Source of the DNA: an uncultured archaeon
GTDB taxonomy: Archaea > Asgardarchaeota > Thorarchaeia > Thorarchaeales > Thorarchaeaceae
DNA: 64,000 nt
Direction: 5' to 3'
Assembly (NCBI GenBank): GCA_964610875.1
Contig: CAZSWP010000014.1
Coordinates: 1-64,000, forward strand
Below are positions 1 to 8,416 of the stretch, piece after piece. Position numbers and translations under genes: made by a program. The notes beneath the pieces were generated by a model. The model had not been told where the DNA came from. It made no database searches and saw nothing but the letters and a program-made list of their open reading frames with translations. Position 1 is the first letter of the stretch. Each line of letters begins with the position of its first letter.

Positions 1-2
1 CC

Positions 3-824
3 TACCAGTTAATCAGCCAGGCAGAGGAATATTATGCCATACCCCGCGATATTTACCGTTATCTCGCAGGCAAAGATAACGAGGGATTAACATTCAGCGG
101 AACAAGTGACTACGATATAAAAGATCGATATTCTGCTTCAGACGATATGTATCATGAAGGGCATTCCATCAATGCTTTTCTCGGTTGGGAAGTGAACCCT
201 TCCCTGAAATTGGGAATGAAAGCAGGAAAATCTCGTATGCCTTTAGATGCTCGCGGTACATACTCAGCTGAGTTGAAGGATGAAGTTCGAATTGAACTTG
301 AAGAGATCGGTTTGATTGAGAAATCCGAGTATCCTGAAGTAAGCTCAGTTGATGTGAAAGAAATTCTATCGAGTATGGATTATGCTGTCATGGGAGATGA
401 TATTAAACATTCCTCTATCAAAAGCGACAAGATATCTGTAGGTGCTATAAGGGGTTTGAAAAATGGGTCTCTTGGCCATATCTTCGTTGGACTCATGACA
501 ACTCCAAGGATTGGACATGAGGCGCTATCAGTAATTTTGGAACCAAATCTAGCAGTCCGTCCAAGTAGCATCATGCTACCCACGCGAACAATCAAGTCTC
601 TAAGACAGGCTTCGCTATTCTATGGTCCAGTGCAATCCGGTGCTGGCAGAGCTTTTGCTAAGATGCTTCAAGAGAAGTTGATTCCGGATGAGTCGATTGA
701 CAAAGAGGTAATTATTCTTGCAATAGATATCAATCTCAACTATCGTAATAGAAGAGAGATTACAAGTTTTACCGAGAAAGCTATATACTCAGCACTTCGC
801 GAACTATGGGGGTATCCTAAATGA
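3..824 (+). CDS. Fae-like domain protein preceded by a DHDPS-family C-terminal remnant (5'-partial; frame open from window edge, first ATG at 147)
   Basis: GHEALSVILEPNLAVRPSSIMLPTRTIK...YGPVQSGAGRAFA...LIP matches the formaldehyde-activating enzyme core. LGMKAGKSRMPL...EVRIELEEIGLI aligns to MGIPVGHARKPL...ELRTCLEDLQLI of the downstream gene. The frame has no stop from nt 3. Confidence 0.7.
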   Translation, partial: YQLISQAEEYYAIPRDIYRYLAGKDNEGLTFSGTSDYDIKDRYSASDDMYHEGHSINAFLGWEVNPSLKLGMKAGKSRMPLDARGTYSAELKDEVRIELEEIGLIEKSEYPEVSSVDVKEILSSMDYAVMGDDIKHSSIKSDKISVGAIRGLKNGSLGHIFVGLMTTPRIGHEALSVILEPNLAVRPSSIMLPTRTIKSLRQASLFYGPVQSGAGRAFAKMLQEKLIPDESIDKEVIILAIDINLNYRNRREITSFTEKAIYSALRELWGYPK

Positions 825-2296
825 GTGAGTCGTTCAAATTCAAGGGCGTATATCCAGCATTAGTAACACCATTCAATGAAGACGGAGTTGACGAAAAGTT
901 ATTCAGAAATCTAATCGACTATGTCATTAAAACCGGTGCTACTGGAATCGTTCCCTGTGGCACAACAGGTGAATTCACAAGTATGCGTTTCGAAGAAAAA
1001 GTTGAAGCAATTCGCATTGCTTGTGATGCGGCTAAAGGGCGTGTCCCTGTCTTAGCAGGCACTGGGGCGCCACATACAAGAGATGCGATTATAATCACAA
1101 AGAGAGCCGCTGAGTTTGGCGCAGATGCCGCACTTGTTGTTTCACCTTACTTCCTCAAACCTTCAAACAAAGAAGTCTACGAACACTATCAGAAGGTTGC
1201 AAATAACTCTGATATTCCGATTTTTGCGTATAATATACCTCAAGTAACAGGAGTTCCTCTCCATTGGACTCTTATTGATGGCTTACAGCAAATTGATGGG
1301 ATTGCTGGTTTGAAAGATTCTAGTGGTGACCTTGTTAATCTCACCACTATTCTTGTTCGTCGTCCTGCGGAATTTCAAGTAGTAATCGGTCACGATGAAG
1401 TTGCACTACCTGCATTAGCCGCTGGCTGTGATGGAGCTATTTTGGCAAGTGCGAATATTTTTCCAGATCGATACATCAAGATGCAGAATGAGTTAGCTGA
1501 GGGTGATTTGAAAGAAGCAATGATTGTTCAAAGGAGCATTCAGAGAACAGTTAGGATCATTGTGAATAGGGGTGGAGGCATGGCAGTGAAAGCCGCTTTG
1601 AACATGATGGGAATACCTGTTGGTCATGCTCGTAAACCCCTTCTAGAGGGTGATTCGTTTACCTATGAAGACATTGACGAATTACGGACCTGTCTTGAGG
1701 ACCTCCAACTCATTCCACGTGGACCTGTAACTTTCAAAATGGGCGAAAAAGCAATCGTTGCTGAGGCCTATCCTAAAGCGGTTGGTCTTGTTCCTGATGT
1801 TGTGGAGGACTTGACACTTCTTCATGGCGAATCACTATGTGGTGGAGGCCAAGAGGTTGCTCATGTAGACTTAGTGATGGGAATCAGAGATGGTCCGTTA
1901 CAGGAAGCAGTTGAAAAAGCCGGAAAGATTGTCGAAGACTATCACTCATCAAATATCGTGAAAGACTTAGAGCCCGTAACTGTCTTTGCACCCACTGTGA
2001 CTATAACAAATGAGCGACACAAGAAGATGGTCTATGAAGTAGCTCAGAAAGCAGTTTCAGACGCAATAACAAGGTGCATCACCGACGGGATTCTTCCTGA
2101 AGAACTCCTTCCAGATATTGTCATAGCAGCAAATGTATTCGTACATCCAAATGCGGTAAATACTCGTCGGGTTCATATCAATAACTTCCGTGCTGTCCGT
2201 CATGCTATTCGTCGTGCAATTGAAGGACGACAGGAGACATCTGAGATTGTGGAACGGATCGAGTCTGCAAGACATCCCTTTGCTTATAATCCATAG
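821..2296 (+). CDS. DHDPS/NAL-family class I aldolase fused to a C-terminal formaldehyde-activating enzyme (Fae) domain
   Basis: PALVTPF, GTTGE, YNIP and Schiff-base Lys in GLKDSSG. C-terminal GESLCGGGQEVAHVDLVMG...AQKAVSDA...VFVHP...NFRAVRHAIRRA...HPF is typical of Fae. Overlaps the upstream stop. Confidence 0.88.
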   Translation: MSESFKFKGVYPALVTPFNEDGVDEKLFRNLIDYVIKTGATGIVPCGTTGEFTSMRFEEKVEAIRIACDAAKGRVPVLAGTGAPHTRDAIIITKRAAEFGADAALVVSPYFLKPSNKEVYEHYQKVANNSDIPIFAYNIPQVTGVPLHWTLIDGLQQIDGIAGLKDSSGDLVNLTTILVRRPAEFQVVIGHDEVALPALAAGCDGAILASANIFPDRYIKMQNELAEGDLKEAMIVQRSIQRTVRIIVNRGGGMAVKAALNMMGIPVGHARKPLLEGDSFTYEDIDELRTCLEDLQLIPRGPVTFKMGEKAIVAEAYPKAVGLVPDVVEDLTLLHGESLCGGGQEVAHVDLVMGIRDGPLQEAVEKAGKIVEDYHSSNIVKDLEPVTVFAPTVTITNERHKKMVYEVAQKAVSDAITRCITDGILPEELLPDIVIAANVFVHPNAVNTRRVHINNFRAVRHAIRRAIEGRQETSEIVERIESARHPFAYNP

Positions 2297-2308
2297 AATC
2301 AGTAATCT

Positions 2309-2340
2309 TGGGGGGGAAGAGTATCCTCTCTTCCTCTCCA
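2309..2340 (+). terminator. GC-rich hairpin after the aldolase-Fae gene
   Basis: tgggggggaagag / ctcttcctctcca pair with G:U wobbles on the + strand, 13 nt after the stop codon. Confidence 0.5.
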
Positions 2341-2592
2341 TCAAATATCTCTGTAATTCGCTTGGCCATTTGTTAAGTCAGTCAATTCATCTTCTGCATT
2401 ACCAGTATGCATTTTCAAAAAGATGCAATGGTTCTAGATTAGTGGACTCTATAATCCATTCTTAGGCCTTCTAGCTTATTTCTAATGCAGATGTTGAACT
2501 CTTCTTGTATATATACCCGTTTGTGTAATGATAGTATCAGTCTAGCATCCCATTCAGGTGTCGCGCCACCACGCATCCCTGGAGAGATAAAT

Positions 2593-2754
2593 ATGGCTGA
2601 AATCCGCGAGATTTCCTTAAAGTATCTCCCAACCCGATCTCTAAAGAAGGTAAGGAGTTTCTTACAAGGAGAAGAAGTGTCAGTCATAGACTCATATGGA
2701 CGTAGTTTTTCAGTGGGACTCCAGAAAGACAAGCTGGTTCTAAAGTCAGAGTAA
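2593..2754 (+). CDS. Small hypothetical protein (53 aa, MAEIREISLKYLP...)
   Basis: TATA-like tatatata at ~2508-2515, SD-like ggaga at 2581-2585 and ATG at 2593. It is the 3' part of track ORF 2485..2754. Confidence 0.45.
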   Translation: MAEIREISLKYLPTRSLKKVRSFLQGEEVSVIDSYGRSFSVGLQKDKLVLKSE

Positions 2755-2832
2755 TCTCTGCGGACCCACACGGATGACGGGGAATGTGGGAGTCATTTCT
2801 GGTTCTCAGAAAAAAAGACGGATTTCAGCCAT
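2593..2832. repeat. Perfect 14-bp inverted repeat (atggctgaaatccg 2593-2606 / cggatttcagccat 2819-2832)
   Basis: Read directly from the sequence. The right arm lies in a hairpin flanked by A7 (2810-2816) and T6 (2839-2844). Confidence 0.85.
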
Positions 2833-3080
2833 CCCTGATTTTTTGTTAATAGTGGCAAGTCTCAGCTGCACACCGTTTCTTCATCGCTTACAGCTCCGAC
2901 AGGGGTAACTGCTTCATTGACTGCCATTCTATGGATAGGACTCTGAGTTGATAAAGTGTATGAAGTGCCAATCATGATTTCAGGTTTGTCTACAATTTTA
3001 TTTGTGCATAATGCATTGTCTTTTCTTAGTATGAATAACCTCATAACTACCTTAAACACCGAAAAGTCCGGGTCTTGTGA

Positions 3081-4217
3081 ATGAATCAAAAGCGAGTCCT
3101 TCAACTCCTGAAAGAACTAGTGAATACAAACTCCGAGAATCCACCTGGGAAAGAAGATGATGTAGCTAAAGTCTTGTGTGACCATATGGAAGCACATGGC
3201 ATTGGTTGTGTTTCTGTCGGCCCCTCGAAAAGACCCAATTTGATTTTTTCAACACACGAGGATGAAAAAGGACCATTGGTTTTTCATGGGCATATGGATA
3301 CAGTTCCAATAGGTGAATTGAGTGATTGGAGTCATAATCCCTTCGCAGCAGATGTGCATGATGGTAAATTGTATGGCCGCGGGTCATGCGATATGAAAGG
3401 TCCTGTAGCCGCTCTTACTGAAACAATGATTCAGTATAATGATGAGGGACACGAAACCCCGTTACTTCTGTTGTGTACATCAGATGAGGAGAGTGGTTGT
3501 TCTGGTGCTGAAGAAGTTGCTGCATCGGGAATTCTTGATGGTGTGAAATTCGGTGTTTGTGCAGAACCAACAAGTTTAGGCATCTTAGTCGGAGAGAAGG
3601 GGATGCTGTGGTCTCGTGTTATGGCCAAAGGAAAATCTGCTCATGGATCTAGGCCAGAGGAAGGCATCAATGCTATCTCTCTTTGTATAGATGCGTTGGA
3701 TTTACTTGTTGCTGATGATTATGAATATGAAGAAGATGCCCTTATGGGTGAGATGACAATAAATATCGGCATGATTGAAGGTGGAATCAAAATCAATGTT
3801 GTTCCATCTGAATGTCGTGTTCAACTTGACATGAGACTAGTCAAGGGTCAAACGCCAGATAATGTAATCAAGGAAATGCAGCAGAGGATAGTAGATGGAG
3901 AGCTATCTGATTTCGTGAGTATCGAATACATCCATGGCAAACCTGCAGTGTACACATCTCCTGATACTGAGATAGTAAAAATTGCTCAAAACGCAGTAGA
4001 GAGTGTCACAGGTCGGCTATCCGATCTTAAAGCTGCAACTTATGGCACAGATTGTTCAGTCTTACAACCCAAAATAGGTATTATGAATATTATATGTGGG
4101 CCTGGATCAATCGAACGAGCCCATCAGCCAGACGAGTACATTCGATTGAGTGAGTTATACCATGCTGTTGAGATATATAGTTTGATTGCCAAGCATTTTG
4201 ATTCATCTTTGAAATGA
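3081..4217 (+). CDS. M20 family metallopeptidase/deacylase (ArgE/DapE-like)
   Basis: HGHMDTVP, GRGSCDMKG, DEE, AEPT, AHGS and AHQPDE motifs are intact. Confidence 0.9.
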   Translation: MNQKRVLQLLKELVNTNSENPPGKEDDVAKVLCDHMEAHGIGCVSVGPSKRPNLIFSTHEDEKGPLVFHGHMDTVPIGELSDWSHNPFAADVHDGKLYGRGSCDMKGPVAALTETMIQYNDEGHETPLLLLCTSDEESGCSGAEEVAASGILDGVKFGVCAEPTSLGILVGEKGMLWSRVMAKGKSAHGSRPEEGINAISLCIDALDLLVADDYEYEEDALMGEMTINIGMIEGGIKINVVPSECRVQLDMRLVKGQTPDNVIKEMQQRIVDGELSDFVSIEYIHGKPAVYTSPDTEIVKIAQNAVESVTGRLSDLKAATYGTDCSVLQPKIGIMNIICGPGSIERAHQPDEYIRLSELYHAVEIYSLIAKHFDSSLK

Positions 4218-4233
4218 AAATTCGTGTCTATTG

Positions 4234-5019
4234 TCAGTCTTTCGTTCCTGATCGTTTCTTAGCAATCAAACAGGCAAATGCTCCAGCTCCTAAACCATTC
4301 CCAATATTTACAACAGCCAAACCTGGTGCACAGGATTGAAGCATCGATGCTAATGCAGTTTGCCCTTCTCCCCCAAAGCCATAACCTACAGGGATAGGAA
4401 GGCCAATAACAGGAATATCAATCAATGATGCCACAATTGTGGGGAGTGCTCCTTCCATTCCAGCGAGAACAATTACAGCATCAACATCTCTTTCAATAAT
4501 TTCTGAGATTGGGTCAACTAGTCTATGGATTCCAGCTACTCCTATATCATAAAACTTGATGGTTTCAACTCCTGTGACTTTAGCGATGAACTCGACCTCC
4601 TTAGCATATGGTACATCAGAAGTTCCAGCTGTTAGGATTGCAATTAGACCAGATTTCTCTGGAGGTGCCCAAGCATCCGATTGAATCAATATTGTGATAT
4701 GATTTTTTGAACCATCGGATTCTATTCTATAATTTCTAAACTCCTTCTCCAGAACCTTCAGAATCTTGTGATTTGCTCGCGTAATTAGTGCAAAACCATT
4801 GCTATGTAACATACCCTTTACTATCTCGACAATTTGTTCTGGGCTTTTTGTCTGAGCATAGATAACTTCCGGAATCCCACTGCGATGTGCTCGATCATGG
4901 TCCAGAACTGCAAAACCTCCTATGGATATTGCAGCACGACTTTTTATTATCTGTTCTGCATCTGCAACAGATACTTTGCCTGCTGCAACAGCCTTCAGTA
5001 TTTCTTTGATCGAGTTCAT
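4234..5019 (-). CDS. larB: Nickel-pincer cofactor biosynthesis protein LarB (AIR carboxylase-like)
   Basis: LDHDRAHRSGIPEVIYA, AGTSD, DIGVAGIHRL, AGMEGALP, PVGYG, MLQSCAPG, VVNIGNG. Confidence 0.92.
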   Translation of the reverse strand: MNSIKEILKAVAAGKVSVADAEQIIKSRAAISIGGFAVLDHDRAHRSGIPEVIYAQTKSPEQIVEIVKGMLHSNGFALITRANHKILKVLEKEFRNYRIESDGSKNHITILIQSDAWAPPEKSGLIAILTAGTSDVPYAKEVEFIAKVTGVETIKFYDIGVAGIHRLVDPISEIIERDVDAVIVLAGMEGALPTIVASLIDIPVIGLPIPVGYGFGGEGQTALASMLQSCAPGLAVVNIGNGLGAGAFACLIAKKRSGTKD

Positions 5020-5155
5020 AATTGATTTCCTCCTTCACTCTAGAAAACGGAGAAACCTTAAAGTTGGTGTTAGGTGCTGGATTATTTATGTGATATCTAC
5101 AAAGTAATCATCGTTTAAGATATCAAATCTCATCCAAATAACCGGAAGTGATACG

Positions 5156-5575
5156 ATGCCTTTCTTCGGGCGAAAAGAACCTCCCATTATTAAGAAAATA
5201 AAGAAACTTCGCTCTGCTGTTGAAAAAGGAAAAAAACCACCGTCGCTTGAGATAAAATCAAGGGAGGAAATAATCACTACTAAATTTGAGGAAGCGATGC
5301 ATGAAATTGGTTTAAATCCATCAGAAGATTCTGGATACATCCCCACTTCTCAGACTCCACTTGCTAGATATCTCCGCAAATACAAGATTCCTGATGATAT
5401 CATTGACGCAGTGATTAGTGGTGTTGCAGAAGCTGAAACTGCCCAAGCTGTAAGAGATATCATCGACGCTGCTGCTGATTCTCCTAAGATTAATCTTGAA
5501 GGAATATATTTGGGGCAAGCAATGGACCTCGCTGTTGAAGAATGGGAGCGTAGACGAAAAGGTTCGATTGATTAG
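5156..5575 (+). CDS. Hypothetical protein (139 aa, basic N-terminus, helical)
   Basis: Clean ORF with an upstream ggaagtga, 10 nt before the next gene; no family recognised. Confidence 0.7.
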   Translation: MPFFGRKEPPIIKKIKKLRSAVEKGKKPPSLEIKSREEIITTKFEEAMHEIGLNPSEDSGYIPTSQTPLARYLRKYKIPDDIIDAVISGVAEAETAQAVRDIIDAAADSPKINLEGIYLGQAMDLAVEEWERRRKGSID

Positions 5576-5585
5576 GTGTTTTTGA

Positions 5586-6311
5586 ATGACTGAACTTTTG
5601 TATATGGGCGATAATTATGTGAAGGAATTTGATGCTGTAGTAACCAAAGTCGGTGATGATTATCTTACTCTTGATAAAACCGCTTTTTATCCAGAGGGTG
5701 GTGGCCAGTTTGGAGACAAAGGTTGGATTTCTGTAGATGATACTGAGGTCGAGGTAGATACAACAAAGCGGCAAAAAGGTGAGGTATGTCATATGGTAGA
5801 TGATACAACGCCTTTTGTTGTTGGAACAAAAGTCACTGGAAAACTTGATTGGGAACGTCGATATCGTTGTATGCGATTTCATACAGCCCAACATGTTCTA
5901 TCAAGACACCTTCAAATGAAATACAATTTAGTAACAGTTGGAAATCAAATCAAACCAGATAGGAGTCGAGCTGATTATTCCCCGCTAGAAAGCTTTGATG
6001 AAAGCATGAAAAAAGACGTTGAGCGGGCGGTAAATGCCCTAATTCAACAAGAGATGGATGTTAAAATATCATTTATGCCACGAAATGAAGCCATCGATTA
6101 TCTCAAAGAGAGAGGCTATCAGACACGATATCTTATGATGGTTCCTGAACATGTGAAGGAATTTAGAGTAATAGAGATGGAGAATTTTGATGCAGCTTCA
6201 TGCGCAGGCACACATGTTGCAAATACAAGTGAAATTCGTGGAATAAGATTAGGCAAATCAAAAAATGTGGGTGCTGGGAAACAAAGAATCTACTTTACAC
6301 TTGTTGATTAA
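5586..6311 (+). CDS. alaX: Alanyl-tRNA editing protein AlaX-M
   Basis: TAFYPEGGGQ, HTAQH and CAGTH zinc ligands; ~240 aa; SD aggtg. Confidence 0.92.
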   Translation: MTELLYMGDNYVKEFDAVVTKVGDDYLTLDKTAFYPEGGGQFGDKGWISVDDTEVEVDTTKRQKGEVCHMVDDTTPFVVGTKVTGKLDWERRYRCMRFHTAQHVLSRHLQMKYNLVTVGNQIKPDRSRADYSPLESFDESMKKDVERAVNALIQQEMDVKISFMPRNEAIDYLKERGYQTRYLMMVPEHVKEFRVIEMENFDAASCAGTHVANTSEIRGIRLGKSKNVGAGKQRIYFTLVD

Positions 6312-6374
6312 CAGAAGTACAATCATGGCTCGAAGGCAACATCTTTATGACATTAGGAGCTGTGTCAAAAGCTA

Positions 6375-7682
6375 GTGGATGAAATGAAAGCACTCGTGCT
6401 AACGGCTGGTCTTGGCAATAGATTAAGACCACTAACCTCCAAACGTTCCAAATCTATGTTGATGATAGCTGGTCGTCCTGTTCTGGATTATATTTTTGAC
6501 AGTCTTATAGAGAATGATTTGAAAGATGTTGTCGTAGTGGTGGGTCATGGTAGTGATGAGATTGTTGAGCATTTTCAACATGATGCGGATAAAGGATTGA
6601 ACATACGCTACGTATACCAAATGGAACAAAAGGGTGTTGAGCACGCCATACTCACAGCTAAGAGTGAAATTGAGGAAGATGATGCATTTCTTCTTGTGAA
6701 TGGCGATGTTCTAGTCGAACCTAATATGGTGTCTAGAACATTAAACAACCATCAAAGCATGGATGCTGATGCAACAATGCTTGTAACTCTTGTTTCCAAT
6801 CCTGAACAATTTGGAACTGTTAAGATTGGACGAAATGGAATTGTTGAGAAGCTTGTTGAGAAAGGCGGTCCTGATAGATACGTGAGTAATTACGCAGTTG
6901 CAGGAGTATCTGTTCTTCCGTCAAGTCTTCTTCCTCTTTTAGAAGAGCACAAAACAATGGAGCTCGGAATAGAAAAAATGATTGACTCAGGTGCCAAAAT
7001 TGCAGCCACTGTCTGGGAGAAGGAATGGGCTGAGTTCACATGGCCATGGGATATCTTAAAGGCCAATCGAATTGTTATGGATCGCATTTTGAAAGGAAAG
7101 GGTAGTTTCATTGCTGAAACAGCTGATGTACACACAGATGTGGTTATAGAAGGCTCTGTTTTTATTGACGAAGGATCGGTTATTCGACCCGGCACAACGC
7201 TCCGCGGACCTGTCTATATCGGAAAGAGAGTCTATGTTGGCAACAACTCCCTTATTCGGGACTATTCCAGCCTTTGTGATGGAGTTCACATAGGCTATGC
7301 GGTTGAAGTTAGAAATAGCATGGTATTCGATCGTGTCAATGTTGGTAGAATGACATATCTTGCTGATTCGATTGTTGGGACTGATACTTGCATTGAGGCT
7401 GGTGCACAAATGTGGAATTGGCGTCCTGGAAAGAAACCTCTCTTTATTGACTATTCTGACAAATCTGTTCAGTTGCCCACTATGAAGTTTGGAGCCATTA
7501 TCGGAGATGATGTTGTTATTGGAGTTAACTCATCTATATACCCTGCTAGAAGAATTGGTGAAAATAGCATAATATCTCCCGGATGTATCATTGATCAGGA
7601 TATTCCCCCATTCAGTGAAGTTACGGTGAAACAAGTACAGAAGATATCTCCCCGAAAAGATGCCATAGAGGGTTGCGAGTGA
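6375..7682 (+). CDS. Sugar-1-phosphate nucleotidylyltransferase with hexapeptide (LbH) domain, archaeal GlmU-like
   Basis: LTAGLGNRLRPLT, NGD, VEK, WPWDIL, hexapeptide repeats, KFGAIIGDDV. ATG at 6384 is an alternative start. Confidence 0.88.
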   Translation: MDEMKALVLTAGLGNRLRPLTSKRSKSMLMIAGRPVLDYIFDSLIENDLKDVVVVVGHGSDEIVEHFQHDADKGLNIRYVYQMEQKGVEHAILTAKSEIEEDDAFLLVNGDVLVEPNMVSRTLNNHQSMDADATMLVTLVSNPEQFGTVKIGRNGIVEKLVEKGGPDRYVSNYAVAGVSVLPSSLLPLLEEHKTMELGIEKMIDSGAKIAATVWEKEWAEFTWPWDILKANRIVMDRILKGKGSFIAETADVHTDVVIEGSVFIDEGSVIRPGTTLRGPVYIGKRVYVGNNSLIRDYSSLCDGVHIGYAVEVRNSMVFDRVNVGRMTYLADSIVGTDTCIEAGAQMWNWRPGKKPLFIDYSDKSVQLPTMKFGAIIGDDVVIGVNSSIYPARRIGENSIISPGCIIDQDIPPFSEVTVKQVQKISPRKDAIEGCE

Positions 7683-7690
7683 ATAGACGG

Positions 7691-8340
7691 TCATAATTTC
7701 GGCACAACTTGACCATTGCGTCGAATCATTGTTTTTTCGTCTTCATATGTAATATTAATTCCATCAGTTTCCACAAAATGAAGGCTCTCTATTAGAATTC
7801 CATCAACAAAGAGAAACTTCTCTCCTTTATTTCTATGAATACACACATCGTGAAGAGGCACTTATTCCGATTCTATCGTTCCTCTTTCAATTAGTCTTGT
7901 ATGTTGTTGCAAATCATCAAGCTGTTGTATTTCGTGTGGACTGAGTTTTCCTCTAATTATTTCGTAGCCAAGATATTTATCTTTTCCATTTTTAGAATGT
8001 GATCTTGATACTTACGTGTGTATATTCGTTCAATTGCGAGATATAATCCTAAACCTTTTTTCAAAACGAATGAATCAGCGTTAATCTCTTTGTGTTATTC
8101 TTGTCCTAATGAAAGATGTGCATGCTCTTGGGAAAGAAGTCCAATAACTGCTGCATTGTGCCAATTTATCAATATGGGATTGCATTTGATTTCGGCCCAT
8201 TGTTTCTTAAGCTCCCATTCTACAACAGCGCAAGAAACCATGCTTCTCCAGAATAGCTTGATATAATATCTTCTGGTTTCACTCATAGAACATTTACGAA
8301 TATTTTCCAATATATCTTCGATTTTGAAAGGTATTGAATC
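7691..8340 (-). pseudogene. Disrupted zinc-metallopeptidase-like gene
   Basis: The minus strand reads ...AAVIGLLSQEHAHLSLGQE*HKEINADSFVLKKGLGLYLAIERI..., then after a frameshift near 7990 GKDKYLGYEIIRGKLSPHEIQQLD...ESE*VPLHD.... It has a degenerate HExxH plus ExxAD, two stops and one frameshift. Confidence 0.6.
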
Positions 8341-8416
8341 TGATGGAATTTGTACGAAACCTATGTTTTTTCACAAACGTATGAGTATCTTTAAAAGCCA
8401 ATCCTAAGAGGTTGCG

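Noticed and set aside
821-1720. Calling the aldolase dapA
   Set aside because: The substrate-binding Arg of true DHDPS is absent, there is no lysine-pathway operon, and the protein is fused to Fae.
2593-2832. MITE defined by the 14-bp inverted repeat
   Set aside because: There is no target-site duplication, second copy or transposase, and the arms coincide with a start codon and a terminator-like hairpin.
2862-3104. 80-aa minus-strand ORF as a confident gene
   Set aside because: It has no recognisable motif and its 5' end overlaps the M20 gene; a shorter version is possible but unsupported.
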